DNA of 49,422 nucleotides from Nitrososphaeraceae archaeon (GCA_044870765.1 JBIOZG010000036.1:1-49422), one strand, 5' to 3'. Positions 29,377-39,736 are shown, counted from the stretch's first letter. Program-made: numbers and translations. The notes: a model not told the origin generated them from the sequence alone.

Positions 29377-29637
29377 ATGCCTTCAACGGCGTTCCTCTCA
29401 AAAAAATTATCACAAGAACTATTAAATCTCGATATTGATGAAGGAATACGAATAGAATCAAAGAATATAAAGTGTAAAATGTACATAAATAAGAGAACAT
29501 CAGGATATTTCGTTCTTGAAATCGAAGATACGAATTCAACTAATATCAAAGAATTCAGATTCTATAGAGATATCAAACCTATTCATAGGCTTATAGACAA
29601 GATTTTTGGAAAACAATATTCCATTACCATTTATTGA
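29377..29637 (+). CDS. Small hypothetical protein
   Basis: ATG start with TATA-like upstream; T-tract downstream. Confidence 0.6.
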   Translation: MPSTAFLSKKLSQELLNLDIDEGIRIESKNIKCKMYINKRTSGYFVLEIEDTNSTNIKEFRFYRDIKPIHRLIDKIFGKQYSITIY

Positions 29638-29668
29638 TTCTAACATCTGTTATTTTTTTTCGGTTTGT

Positions 29669-29690
29669 TGCGATGCGATGCGATGCGATG
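29669..29690. repeat. Pentanucleotide microsatellite (CGATG)x4
   Basis: Read directly; intergenic. Confidence 0.9.
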
Positions 29691-29943
29691 ACCTGTAAAG
29701 ATATCAGAAAAAGAATTTGATTATAAGCGAATCAGTATGTTACTGTAGTAGTGAACAGACTAATTATAATCAGGAGATGATATATGGTTCTTTCCAACCA
29801 TCCAACGAACGATTGACATCCTCGTTCTTGCACAACTAAACTTCACCAGCAGTAATTGTAACTATAAATTGAGCAAGGGAATTGAGAGTCGATTTTTTTG
29901 TTCTTGTTCTTGGTCTTTTAATCGACCTCATAAAGCTAACATA

Positions 29944-30237
29944 TCATCTAGATATTTGCACTTCTATAGTTGAAACGTTTCGCTCTCTTCCATCTTCAGA
30001 TTGCATTGTCTGTGTTCCTATTTTTACGTGTCCAATTTTGTATCCCATATTATCCATACGCTTCACTATAATTTGGGCAACATCAACCGCACGCGTTATG
30101 CTTTTTCCCCTGGCCTTTACAAGTACGGTAGGCTCATTTGCTAACTGTACCAGTGTTGCAGTCACATAAGTCATCAAAGGCTTCTTTCCTATCAAAATTT
30201 CATTATTCGCCCGCCTCGTGCCAGCACTTGAAGTCAT
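29944..30237 (-). CDS. albA: DNA/RNA-binding protein Alba
   Basis: IGKKPLMTYV, KARGKSITRAVDVA and NVSTIEV. Confidence 0.97.
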   Translation of the reverse strand: MTSSAGTRRANNEILIGKKPLMTYVTATLVQLANEPTVLVKARGKSITRAVDVAQIIVKRMDNMGYKIGHVKIGTQTMQSEDGRERNVSTIEVQISR

Positions 30238-30291
30238 TTACAAGTGAAGATCCAAATCCTAAATATATTAGTTGTTGATAGCTTGATATTC

Positions 30292-30540
30292 TCATTCTTT
30301 AGAATGCTTTAGAAGTATGTCTTCAAAATTATTCGGGTTCTTGACGATTTCTTGGACTACCGTTTGATCATCTACCTCATAACAATGCGTCAGATTTTCT
30401 TCATCTTTGTAAAAAATATAGACTTTATTGTCGTAAATACAATAATACATTTTGTCGACGATCATTTTTTCGGGGTCGATTTTTATTCCGTCCTTTTCAA
30501 CAATAACAGGATATTCCAACATTTTTATGATACATTTCAT
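30292..30540 (-). CDS. Small hypothetical protein
   Basis: 82-aa ORF with protein-like composition. Confidence 0.65.
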   Translation of the reverse strand: MKCIIKMLEYPVIVEKDGIKIDPEKMIVDKMYYCIYDNKVYIFYKDEENLTHCYEVDDQTVVQEIVKNPNNFEDILLKHSKE

Positions 30541-30623
30541 AAAATAAATTCTATACGGATCGTGCAGCCCAAACGTTCAATCTTTAGCGAGCTAACTACT
30601 AACTATATCTCAAATTGCAGACT

Positions 30624-31862
30624 TCATAATGCAGCCTTTCCTAAAACGATAAGATCCGAAATCCATTGGATCGACTCGGTAATGTCCAATTCAGTTATTT
30701 TGATAAATCGTGCTTTAATGGGACCTTCTTTTATATCATAAATTTCAGAAGGTGAGTTGGTACCAGTTGATGAGTAATACTCTGCTGTCGTGTATTTTTT
30801 TCCATCATTTGAAAATTCAAGCGTGAAGAATTTAATTTCGTTATCTACGTTTGCGAAACTTACCTTAAGACCACATATATTTTGTTCTTGGCCTAGGTCC
30901 AATGTTGCTGACCTTGGTTTAGCATCCGAATTAGTAGTGTTCATGTCAGTATTACTATCATTATTGTTAGTATCAGTTTGTACATCTACGATGGGGATTT
31001 CATTATACTCACAAGTATTTGTAGATTCTTGGTCGAAATTTAAGGAATCTAGGCTTGTACTTTGTTCATTGTCCATATCGAACATTTCATTATATTGATT
31101 TACTATATGTTCCTCTGCTGGAGATGTTTGGCCAAATTCAGAGGAATCGGGATTATATGATTGGGTAGCAGGATATGATTTATCATTACTGTTCATCATA
31201 TCATTATTGTCAGAAACTAGGTTGGAATCTAACCTAACTTCTTTTACCTCAGGTTTCATTACTTCAATCAAGCATGTATACGTCACATATTTCCCATCAG
31301 GGTATATTACCCTAAGCTCCAAGGTATTTGGTCCATACACATCTGTAAAACTGAATTGATTCTTCCCTACTCTGTGAAGAGGAGTCATTTCTGTTGTATC
31401 TGCATCATAGTCAACAAAGAACGCATTCATTTCCCGGGGTTTTGTTAAAAAGGTAAATGAAATATTATCATTTGGTGATATTTGGGCTACTGGTTGGAAA
31501 TCATCGGCTAATTGTGGGAAGTTAAGTCTCTTTAAATCATCATTTTCCACAACAACGAATGGTGACATTTCATATGATTTGCTATTGTAAACCATCTTGG
31601 CAATTGGGACGCTATTCTCTTCTACCTTGCTGTTATCGACATCTGCATCGGCTCCTGCTTTCTTCTCAACGGTATCTGCATTCTTCTCATCGGCAGATAA
31701 TTTCTTGGTATCTGTAGCTGATTCGCTTTTTTCATCAGGTTCGGCGTGAGCTGATAAAAATAACGTGCTTTGCAAGGGAGATGCCACTATCAACAGTAAA
31801 AGTGATGAGAATAAAAGGCATTTTCTATTTTGGTATAAGAAGTTTATCAAAATTGAATCCAA
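30624..31862 (-). CDS. Secreted/surface protein with a C-terminal discoidin (F5/8)-like domain
   Basis: Signal peptide; acidic linkers; TLDLG, FSNDG and ARFIKI...ISDLIVLG. Confidence 0.8.
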   Translation of the reverse strand: MDSILINFLYQNRKCLLFSSLLLLIVASPLQSTLFLSAHAEPDEKSESATDTKKLSADEKNADTVEKKAGADADVDNSKVEENSVPIAKMVYNSKSYEMSPFVVVENDDLKRLNFPQLADDFQPVAQISPNDNISFTFLTKPREMNAFFVDYDADTTEMTPLHRVGKNQFSFTDVYGPNTLELRVIYPDGKYVTYTCLIEVMKPEVKEVRLDSNLVSDNNDMMNSNDKSYPATQSYNPDSSEFGQTSPAEEHIVNQYNEMFDMDNEQSTSLDSLNFDQESTNTCEYNEIPIVDVQTDTNNNDSNTDMNTTNSDAKPRSATLDLGQEQNICGLKVSFANVDNEIKFFTLEFSNDGKKYTTAEYYSSTGTNSPSEIYDIKEGPIKARFIKITELDITESIQWISDLIVLGKAAL

Positions 31863-32058
31863 GACTAACTGGTAATCTTTTATATTTACGTAATGTCGAA
31901 AAAATTACTTAGATCAACAACAAGAAAATAAATTCATTGACTATAAGAAAATACTATAAAATAAATGAAATTTTTGCTGTTGTAATAACTCTCTTATTTT
32001 CATACAAACACGCAAGCTGGAATAATTTTTATCCCAAGAATCATTTAAACAAGTAATA

Positions 32059-33192
32059 TTGAATGATAATATTTCTTTAAATGAGATAGGAAAGAAAATA
32101 ATATTTCATATTGATTTTGATTATTTTTACGCACAATGTGAAGAGGTAAGAAAGCCAGAATTAAGAGATATTCCTAGTGTTGTTTGTGTTTATTCCGGAC
32201 GAGAGGACGATTCTGGAGTAGTCAGTACGTGCAATTATGAAGCACGAAAATATGGTGTTAAGGCGGCAATGCCAATTAGGGCAGCAAAATCGAAATTGAA
32301 AGACGTAGGAGCAGTATTCCTTCCTACAGATATTCCGTATTATCAGGAAATATCCAGGAACGCTATGAAGATTATTCAAAATTATGGAGATTTATTCGAA
32401 CAGGTCAGTGTTGATGAATGTTATGTGGATTTTACAAGGATTACCAATTCAGATTTTGATGATGCAAAGATTTTTGCCACTTCGCTGCAAAAGAATATCA
32501 AAGAGCAAATTAATTTGACATGCTCCATTGGAGTGGGACCTAACAAGTTGATATCAAAAATAGCATCAGGTGTTAACAAGCCCAATGGAATAACAGTGGT
32601 CAGTCAGAATGATGCCAAAAATTTTATCTCAAACTGCAAGATTGAAGATATTCCTGGAGTAGGTCCAAAAACAGGATTGAAGTTAAATTCTCTTGGGATC
32701 AAGTCTATTTCCGATATATCAAAGAAAAATATTTTTGAGTTGAGAGATGCGTTGGGATACAAGACTGCCACGTTTTTGGCAAATGCTTCAAATGCAATTG
32801 ATTATTCTCAGATAAAAATTCGTGGAACATCAAAGCAAATCGGTAAGATTGTTACCTTGAAGAAGGACAAACCTGAATTTGAACAGATTAAAATGATAGC
32901 TGGCACTCTTTGTGCATCTGTATTTGAGAATCTAAAGAATAAGAGACAGGCTTGCAGGGTACTTACTGTAATATTAATTTTAGAAAATCTACAACACGTA
33001 TCAATTTCAAAAAGCCTAAAGTTATACTCCGCATCATTAGAGGAATTAAACAAGAATTCATTGTTAATCATAAACGAGATGATTAGCAACAATTCCATAT
33101 CTCTAGATAACATTAGAAGGATGGGTCTAGTAGTTTCAGATCTTAAGGATATATCAGGACAGGACTCGTTATTGAATTACTTTGAAAATTAA
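32059..33192 (+). CDS. dinB: Y-family DNA polymerase IV (Dbh/DinB)
   Basis: HIDFDYFYAQCE, CNYEARKYGV, SVDECY and KPNG. Confidence 0.96.
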   Translation: MNDNISLNEIGKKIIFHIDFDYFYAQCEEVRKPELRDIPSVVCVYSGREDDSGVVSTCNYEARKYGVKAAMPIRAAKSKLKDVGAVFLPTDIPYYQEISRNAMKIIQNYGDLFEQVSVDECYVDFTRITNSDFDDAKIFATSLQKNIKEQINLTCSIGVGPNKLISKIASGVNKPNGITVVSQNDAKNFISNCKIEDIPGVGPKTGLKLNSLGIKSISDISKKNIFELRDALGYKTATFLANASNAIDYSQIKIRGTSKQIGKIVTLKKDKPEFEQIKMIAGTLCASVFENLKNKRQACRVLTVILILENLQHVSISKSLKLYSASLEELNKNSLLIINEMISNNSISLDNIRRMGLVVSDLKDISGQDSLLNYFEN

Positions 33193-33307
33193 TTACTCAC
33201 TCAAATTAAAACGAGTTTGAAACTAGTGAAAATAAATTTGGTGGTTTTGCCTTAATGAATCCAGTAGGTAATCATGTTTGTTGAATCATAACAATGCTAA
33301 AGTCATC

Positions 33308-34273
33308 TCAGGAACGTAAGAATTTCAAGGACTCATCGGTTAGAGTTTGCAGTATTTTGTCTGACATTGATTTAACTATTTTTGCATTGACGAAATTTGG
33401 TTTTCCACCACCTAACCCTATTTCTTGATTCTTTCTGAGATTTTGAAAAATTTTAACACAATCCAAGTCAACGTCAGCACTCCTTGCATATATGAGATTC
33501 GCCATATCTCTATCATCCACATTAATTAATATAATGATAGTTCTTGGTTCCAGTATCTTTTCTCCAGCAAAATTTTGAATGATTCGCCAATTTGCATTGT
33601 CCAAGATTGATGATATTAAAGTTATATTATTTTTTACAAAATGCTGGATTGGTATCTCATTCAGCATCCTATTTGTTATTTTTTTTAACTGCCCGTAATA
33701 CTGTTCTCTTTCGTTGTAAAGTCTTCTAATAGTTGCCTCTGCGGTATTGGAATTTGCGTCTATCTGTTCACAAATCATATTAATTTTTTCTATAGCGTTG
33801 ACAGCTTCATCCATCGCATTTTTACCTACCATAAACTTGATTTCATGATCAGAACCATTCTTTGACAAACTAGTTACCAAGAAAAATATACATTCGGATA
33901 AATTATTAACATGTTCCATAGAACATGCAGCAACATCGTGGTTTTCTATTTCGACCACTGTAATCTTTTCAGCATCAGCTAATCTTGCCTCATTGGCCCT
34001 CAAATTTGGTAACTTCATCTTGGCTTCATTCAGCGAGGGAAATGAATGATGCAATATTTTTCGCCCCTCTAATATTAACTGATTTACCTCCTTCTGTGCC
34101 ATGGATATCTTTTCTAAATCTAAATATATTTCTGATGCACTGATAAAAGCTACATTATACGAATCCTTATGTTCTACTTTTCTTACGCTTAATGTCTTGT
34201 TCAATATTTTCTGAAGCGATCCTATGAAGGCATGTTCTGCAGTATGTGCGGCCTTGGCGTTCATATTCATCAA
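33308..34273 (-). CDS. AlaX-like tRNA editing protein with a DHHA1-like C-terminus
   Basis: HTAEH and ACSMEH zinc motifs; GGGKP near the C-terminus. Confidence 0.8.
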   Translation of the reverse strand: MMNMNAKAAHTAEHAFIGSLQKILNKTLSVRKVEHKDSYNVAFISASEIYLDLEKISMAQKEVNQLILEGRKILHHSFPSLNEAKMKLPNLRANEARLADAEKITVVEIENHDVAACSMEHVNNLSECIFFLVTSLSKNGSDHEIKFMVGKNAMDEAVNAIEKINMICEQIDANSNTAEATIRRLYNEREQYYGQLKKITNRMLNEIPIQHFVKNNITLISSILDNANWRIIQNFAGEKILEPRTIIILINVDDRDMANLIYARSADVDLDCVKIFQNLRKNQEIGLGGGKPNFVNAKIVKSMSDKILQTLTDESLKFLRS

Positions 34274-34908
34274 TTCAGGTTATTGATGTACGTCAGCATC
34301 AGGGCATTAATTATTGAGGAGGCTGCAGGACTACCCCCTTTTCTTCCTTTATTTGTTATAAACTCCACATTGGCCTTTGATAGTTCCAATTTTGATTCTG
34401 AAGCAGAGACAAATCCTACGGGTATTCCGATCACAAGTGAGGGTCTTGCTGCATCTTCTTTTACCATTTTGATTACTTCATATAGAGCTGTTGGAGCATT
34501 TCCTATCACAACTATCCCACCATCTATTTCTTTTGATGAATATCTCATTGCAACTGTTGATCTTGTCTTATTCTGATTTTTTGATATTTCAACTACTTCC
34601 TTGTTTGAAATGTTACATATCAAATTGGTCCCAATTTTTGCTACAGATTTTTTGTTTATTCCCGACAAAACCATATCAACATCAACAACAATATGGCGTC
34701 TTTGTTTTAATGCACTACAAGCGTTTTCAATTGCATTGGTTGAAAAGATAATTCCATTTTTATCAGGTTTAGCAAAATCAAAATCAGCAGTGGCATGAAT
34801 AACCCTCCTGACAATATTCCATTGTGCCTTACTGTAACCATGAATTCCTATCTCAGATTCAATGATTTTCATACTGTTTTCTTCTATGCCAAGGGCAGCT
34901 TCGGACAT
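34270..34908 (-). CDS. cbiC: Precorrin-8X methylmutase
   Basis: RRVIHATADF, IGNAPTAL, PVGFV and GRKGGS; ATG 34908 preferred. Confidence 0.95.
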   Translation of the reverse strand: MSEAALGIEENSMKIIESEIGIHGYSKAQWNIVRRVIHATADFDFAKPDKNGIIFSTNAIENACSALKQRRHIVVDVDMVLSGINKKSVAKIGTNLICNISNKEVVEISKNQNKTRSTVAMRYSSKEIDGGIVVIGNAPTALYEVIKMVKEDAARPSLVIGIPVGFVSASESKLELSKANVEFITNKGRKGGSPAASSIINALMLTYINNLN

Positions 34909-34954
34909 GTCTCTAGATTTTGCCCTGTATGTTCTCTTTAGTACGTCATTACCT

Positions 34955-35716
34955 TCAGCCAACTTTTCCCTCGGCCTCCCTTGTCCTTTCAAGAACCATA
35001 TTTACTAGTTTTGGATCTACTCCAAAATGTTCTGTAATATACACTGGAATTTTTTTTGGGTTACAATTTTCTAGAGCGGAATTGATATCTTTAACAACAT
35101 CATTTTTTATGTGAGCTCCTTTGTGTAGGAAATATGGAACTATAATTATTACATTTGGATTACTGGAGATTACTCCTTCTATCCCCTTTGCTATTCGTGG
35201 GTCATCCAATTCCAGAAAACAAAAAGTAACGCTTCTATAATTTGGTTTTAGTTCATTAACCGTGTGTATAAATGCAGTCCTAGCAGTTTTGTCACTACTT
35301 CCATGACCGATAACAAGTATATCGCACTTGTCATCTTCAAGTACTATTCCGTTTTTTACTCTAGCATTACTTATCCTATCTTTTATGATTGAAATAAGTA
35401 GGTCATGATAGCTCAGGGGTTTTGCAATTACTACTCTTATTCCCTTATCGTAACATATTTTGGCTGTCTTTTTTACAGAATCTTTCAATTTCATCCCAGG
35501 GTATAGGAAGTACGGCATGACTGTTATCGAATCTACATTCTTAGAAACACATCTGCTGATACCCTCTTCAATGTAGGGTGGTATGACTTCAAGGAAGCAA
35601 TGATCGACAAGGACGTATCTGCTTTTCTCCTTGATCATATTGCATAATTGAACCAACTCTTCTTTGGCCTCTGGTTCCCTGCTACCCCTATCAATTAGTA
35701 ATAGTGCCCTGTTTAT
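34955..35716 (-). CDS. cbiX: Sirohydrochlorin cobaltochelatase CbiX (two-domain); probable ATA start
   Basis: Two repeats: LLLIDRGS..CFLE..PYFLYPG and LVIGHGS..CFLE..PYFLHKGAH; the first motif lies upstream of TTG 35656. Confidence 0.9.
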   Translation of the reverse strand: MNRALLLIDRGSREPEAKEELVQLCNMIKEKSRYVLVDHCFLEVIPPYIEEGISRCVSKNVDSITVMPYFLYPGMKLKDSVKKTAKICYDKGIRVVIAKPLSYHDLLISIIKDRISNARVKNGIVLEDDKCDILVIGHGSSDKTARTAFIHTVNELKPNYRSVTFCFLELDDPRIAKGIEGVISSNPNVIIIVPYFLHKGAHIKNDVVKDINSALENCNPKKIPVYITEHFGVDPKLVNMVLERTREAEGKVG

Positions 35717-35718
35717 AC

Positions 35719-36795
35719 CTAAGCACCCATTTTATTGTAATTTATCCGGGAAACTGCAACTGTGAGATTGGGTGGGAATTTTTGTTTACCGACTATAAGC
35801 TCACCGCCTGAACTGAGTATTGAAGATGCTTCCGAAACACTCGAAGTACCTTCATACTTTTTTACTAGTTCAGATGGATTTGGAACCGTCACATTACTCA
35901 ACTTATCTTTATCAAAAAATTCAAGAGGAATTCCATGTTTATCAGAAAATGCTCCCAAGGTAATAGGAGACTTGCTTCTATATATGGTCGAGAGATTTCT
36001 AATGCTAAGAAAAGACAATCCATTTTCCTCCAACACTTTCATAATTCCTTCTTCTATGTCTGCCTGGGTAGTATCCCAGTGAAAACCTATTCCTACAACA
36101 AGGCTTTTTGGTCTATAGATTACAGATTTTCTAAGTAGTATTGGATCTGCTATGATTTTATCAGAAATGATTAACCCTGCTTTGAAATCATCTGATGTTA
36201 ATTCATCAATATTTTGAACTACTGTTACGTTTTTTGGTAATTCTTTGTCCCACCATTTGGATTCACCGGCATCTTGATAGACGCCTATTTTTTCTTCGTT
36301 TACCATATGAGCACTCACCTTAGTAACGTTTTCAAAATTTTCAATACGCCATTGAAAATTATTCCCCAGGAGATCTACTGCTATCGTTTCATTGACATCG
36401 GCAGCAGTGGTTATAACAGCTGTTGAATTAAGGATATCTGCAATTGATTTGGACAATGCGTTGGCACCTCCCAAGTGACCTGATAGTGCACTTATGACAA
36501 AGTTAGCTTTATCATCGATTACTATAACCGCTGGGTCTGTCTTCTTATCCACCAAAAGATTTGATATCAAACGAATAACAGCTCCTAATGAAAAAATACA
36601 TATAATGCTATCGTATTCTTTGAAAATCTCTTCAACCATGATTTTTGTATTTTTCTCAAACCAGATAATCCCATCAGAAGAGTCTTTATGTTTAGATTGA
36701 GAATAAATAGAAGCTGAAGGAATTTTTTCCTTTATTCTTTTTGCTATATTGATTCCATTTTTAGTAATACAAATTATAGCAACCTTGCTGCTCAT
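35719..36795 (-). CDS. cbiG: Cobalt-precorrin-5A hydrolase CbiG
   Basis: DKKTDPAV, SGHLGGAN, ITTA and SVSEA. Confidence 0.95.
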   Translation of the reverse strand: MSSKVAIICITKNGINIAKRIKEKIPSASIYSQSKHKDSSDGIIWFEKNTKIMVEEIFKEYDSIICIFSLGAVIRLISNLLVDKKTDPAVIVIDDKANFVISALSGHLGGANALSKSIADILNSTAVITTAADVNETIAVDLLGNNFQWRIENFENVTKVSAHMVNEEKIGVYQDAGESKWWDKELPKNVTVVQNIDELTSDDFKAGLIISDKIIADPILLRKSVIYRPKSLVVGIGFHWDTTQADIEEGIMKVLEENGLSFLSIRNLSTIYRSKSPITLGAFSDKHGIPLEFFDKDKLSNVTVPNPSELVKKYEGTSSVSEASSILSSGGELIVGKQKFPPNLTVAVSRINYNKMGA

Positions 36796-36902
36796 GCATT
36801 ACAATATAAAATTTATTCAAATAATATACTTTATGTTATTTTTAGCCAATATCAAACATAAATATTCAAATATTCAAACGACAGTATTGTTGCTGGATTC
36901 AA

Positions 36903-37043
36903 ATGACATTAACCTTCTTTTGTAAAAGGAATCGTCACACTGAATGTCCTGGTGAATGGCCTATGGGCGATTCATGTGGGTTGGATCACGATTGCTCCTT
37001 TGATGTAAAAATGTCAAAATGTGAATGCTCATGTCATGTTTGA
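36903..37043 (+). CDS. 46-aa Cys/His-rich microprotein (not in the ORF track)
   Basis: Manual translation MTLTFFCKRNRHTECPGEWPMGDSCGLDHDCSFDVKMSKCECSCHV. Confidence 0.65.
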   Translation: MTLTFFCKRNRHTECPGEWPMGDSCGLDHDCSFDVKMSKCECSCHV

Positions 37044-37143
37044 TGTTGACTGTCTGTCTGCAAATCTAGCTTTATTTTGAAATTTTGATAAAAATGATTT
37101 GTTTTGGGGTCAGAAAATTATGGTTTTTCAATCACTTTTATTT

Positions 37144-37704
37144 TCAAACAGCCACCACATCATCATACCCCGTCAGTAGTTTATTATTTATTGATTTCAT
37201 TAATTCTTTAGCTTTTCGCCTTATTGAATCATTAACTCGTACTAGAACCAGCCCCTCTAATGGTTGACCATAACACACTAGTGAATAATGGGGTGCAAAG
37301 TAGCAAGTAGGAAGCGTCAAGAGATCTTCCTCCCCAATAACTCGCAAGATAAAATTCTTTTGACCTGAGAGAGCAAATTTTATTTTAGTTATCGCATCTT
37401 TTGTAATGGTTCCTGCTGGGTTAATACATGAAATTTTTGTTACATCTTTATCTTTTTGATTTAGCATTCTATCGGTTAATGTGGATTTCTTTTCTTGCCT
37501 TCTCTCAACTCCATCAATTATAGCTAGATCAGGATAAATATCAAGTGAAATTAGTCTATCAGTAGAACGGTCTCCTACAGTTATTATTTTGCAGTCATTA
37601 TTCGCAATTTCTTTTCGTATTTTTTTTTCTGTTATATGACTGTCTAAAATTAGCTTTCCTAATGGCTTTTTTAATACGTGGAGAATATCAGGTGGTATTG
37701 ACAC
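37144..37704 (-). CDS. DUF359-family GTP-dependent dephospho-CoA kinase
   Basis: LKKPLG, ITVGD, NPAGTI, GEEDLLTLP and YGQP.EG; GTG start at 37704 (alternative 37746). Confidence 0.88.
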   Translation of the reverse strand: MSIPPDILHVLKKPLGKLILDSHITEKKIRKEIANNDCKIITVGDRSTDRLISLDIYPDLAIIDGVERRQEKKSTLTDRMLNQKDKDVTKISCINPAGTITKDAITKIKFALSGQKNFILRVIGEEDLLTLPTCYFAPHYSLVCYGQPLEGLVLVRVNDSIRRKAKELMKSINNKLLTGYDDVVAV

Positions 37705-38812
37705 TTTCGGGTTCTTTTGATTGTTCGGGTTCTTTTGATTGTTCACTTTCAGTCTTCTCTTGGTCCTGTAATTCAGAGGCAATGATACTAATTCTACCAG
37801 CCACAGTGCGGGCAATTTTGTCAAATAAGACAGCTTGATTATTATTTGGTTCTGAAATTGATACCGGGTTACCACTGTCACTTGCTGACATTATCTGTTC
37901 ATGCAGAGGTATTTCTCCAATAAAGGGAACATTAAACTGATCACTAACTTTCTGACCTCCCCCAGTACCGAAAATACTAATCTTATTATTACAATGTTGA
38001 CATTCCAGATAACTCATATTTTCTATGACTCCTATAATAGGTACGTTCAGTTTGTTGAACATGCCTACTGCCTTTACTGCAACATTCATAGCCACATCTT
38101 GAGGAGTGGTTACTATAATTATTCCAGTAATAGGTATTGTTTGCGCTAATGTCAAAGGTGCATCTCCAGTCCCCGGAGGTAAATCAATTATCAGGTAATC
38201 AAGCTCACCCCAGTTTACATCAGTTAGGAATTGCTTTACAATTCCAGCCACGATTGGACCTCTGTAGATTCCTGCTTGCTGTGATTGCTCATAAAAGAAG
38301 CCCATTGAAATGACTTTTACTCCCTGAGCCAAGACAGGTTCTATTTTATTATTGACAACTTCAGGTGCGTTCTTGAGTCCTAACATTAGTGGGATGCTTG
38401 GACCATAAACATCAGCATCCAGTAAACCAACCTTCGCACCAGCCTTTGATAAAGCCAACGCAAGATTAACTGACACTGTTGTTTTACCCACGCCCCCTTT
38501 ACCGCTAGCAACAGCAAGTATATTTTTGACTCCAGGAAGCAATTCGTCCATTGAAATTGATCTACCTTCCATGACTCTCGCAGTTACTTTGAGGTCAAGA
38601 TCCTTAATCCCCATGTCCGTCATAGAATTTCGAACAGATTCTTCTATCTCGCTGTTAAACGGACAGGCAGGGGTTGTAAGTTCTAATGTAAATCCAACTT
38701 TCCCATCGTTAATCGCAAGGTCTTTTATCATGCCCATTGAAACTATATCTTTATGCAATTCGGGATCTTCTATTGTCTGTAATTTTGCCATGATTTGCTC
38801 AATTGAGACCAT
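37688..38812 (-). CDS. mrp: Mrp/NBP35 Fe-S carrier ATPase with N-terminal DUF59
   Basis: DPEL..DIV, TTPACP, SGKGGVGKT, DLPPGTGD and ENMS..C..C. Confidence 0.95.
   Translation of the reverse strand: MVSIEQIMAKLQTIEDPELHKDIVSMGMIKDLAINDGKVGFTLELTTPACPFNSEIEESVRNSMTDMGIKDLDLKVTARVMEGRSISMDELLPGVKNILAVASGKGGVGKTTVSVNLALALSKAGAKVGLLDADVYGPSIPLMLGLKNAPEVVNNKIEPVLAQGVKVISMGFFYEQSQQAGIYRGPIVAGIVKQFLTDVNWGELDYLIIDLPPGTGDAPLTLAQTIPITGIIIVTTPQDVAMNVAVKAVGMFNKLNVPIIGVIENMSYLECQHCNNKISIFGTGGGQKVSDQFNVPFIGEIPLHEQIMSASDSGNPVSISEPNNNQAVLFDKIARTVAGRISIIASELQDQEKTESEQSKEPEQSKEPESVNTT
37706..37744. repeat. 18-bp tandem duplication at the mrp 3' end
   Basis: TTCGGGTTCTTTTGATTG x2; encodes EQSKEP x2. Confidence 0.9.
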
Positions 38813-38929
38813 ATCAACGTACTCTTCCAAAGAATATTTAAATCATACAATGGCATGCGTGTTGATACTAAAATTAATAATAATGAAAAGGTTCATAAAT
38901 TGATACTTTAAACAAATTGACAATAAGTA

Positions 38930-39547
38930 ATGTTTGCGATAATACACATGGACGATGTTGTTAGGATACCACCCAGCATGATGAAAAAATCTCTCAACGA
39001 GACTACAATGGAAATTCTCAAGGAAAAATATGAGAGTATGATAAATCCAGAATTGGGTTATGTTATTATGATTATTGATGCCAAGACAAACAGAATTGGA
39101 AAATTGGTCTCTGGAGATGGTGCTACGTTTCACAAGGTATCTTTTAAGGCATTAACATTTTATCCTAAATTGCAAGAAATAGTGGAAGGGGAAATTGTTG
39201 AAATTACAGATTTTGGTGCATTTGTAAGAATTGGGCCAACTGATGCACTGCTGCACCTTTCTCAAATAACTGATGACTATTTGAAAAGCGACGTAAAACA
39301 AGGGGTAATAGTTGCAAATCAGTCCGCCAAATCTTTGAAGATTGGATCAAAGCTTAGGGCCAGAGTTACTGCCATTAGTCTGGGGAAAGGTTCTGCGATG
39401 GGCAAAATCGGAATTACTTGTAGACAGCCTTTTCTGGGAGCACTCGAGTGGATAGAAGAAGAGATAAAGAAAGCCAAAAACCCAGCCGCAAGTGGTCAAA
39501 AAGAAAAGGAAAAGGTTAAGGAAAAGAAAGGAACAGTGCCAGCTTAA
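38930..39547 (+). CDS. rpo7: RNA polymerase subunit E' (Rpo7)
   Basis: VRIPP, GDGA and S1 domain FGAFVRIGP.DALLH.SQI. Confidence 0.96.
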   Translation: MFAIIHMDDVVRIPPSMMKKSLNETTMEILKEKYESMINPELGYVIMIIDAKTNRIGKLVSGDGATFHKVSFKALTFYPKLQEIVEGEIVEITDFGAFVRIGPTDALLHLSQITDDYLKSDVKQGVIVANQSAKSLKIGSKLRARVTAISLGKGSAMGKIGITCRQPFLGALEWIEEEIKKAKNPAASGQKEKEKVKEKKGTVPA

Positions 39548-39736
39548 ATGGCTAAAGAACTTGCCTGTAAAAAATGTAGAGCAATTACTGTTGGAAAGGT
39601 TTGTCCTATATGTAAATCAACTGAACTTTCGTCTGATTGGTCTGGTACAATAGTAATATTTGATTCAAAGAACTCGCTGGTAGCATCCACACTTCAAATA
39701 TCAACTCCGCATAAATATGCACTAAAAGTAACTTGA
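39548..39736 (+). CDS. spt4: Transcription elongation factor Spt4 (RpoE'')
   Basis: ACKKC..CPIC, DWSG and YALKV; follows rpo7. Confidence 0.95.
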   Translation: MAKELACKKCRAITVGKVCPICKSTELSSDWSGTIVIFDSKNSLVASTLQISTPHKYALKVT

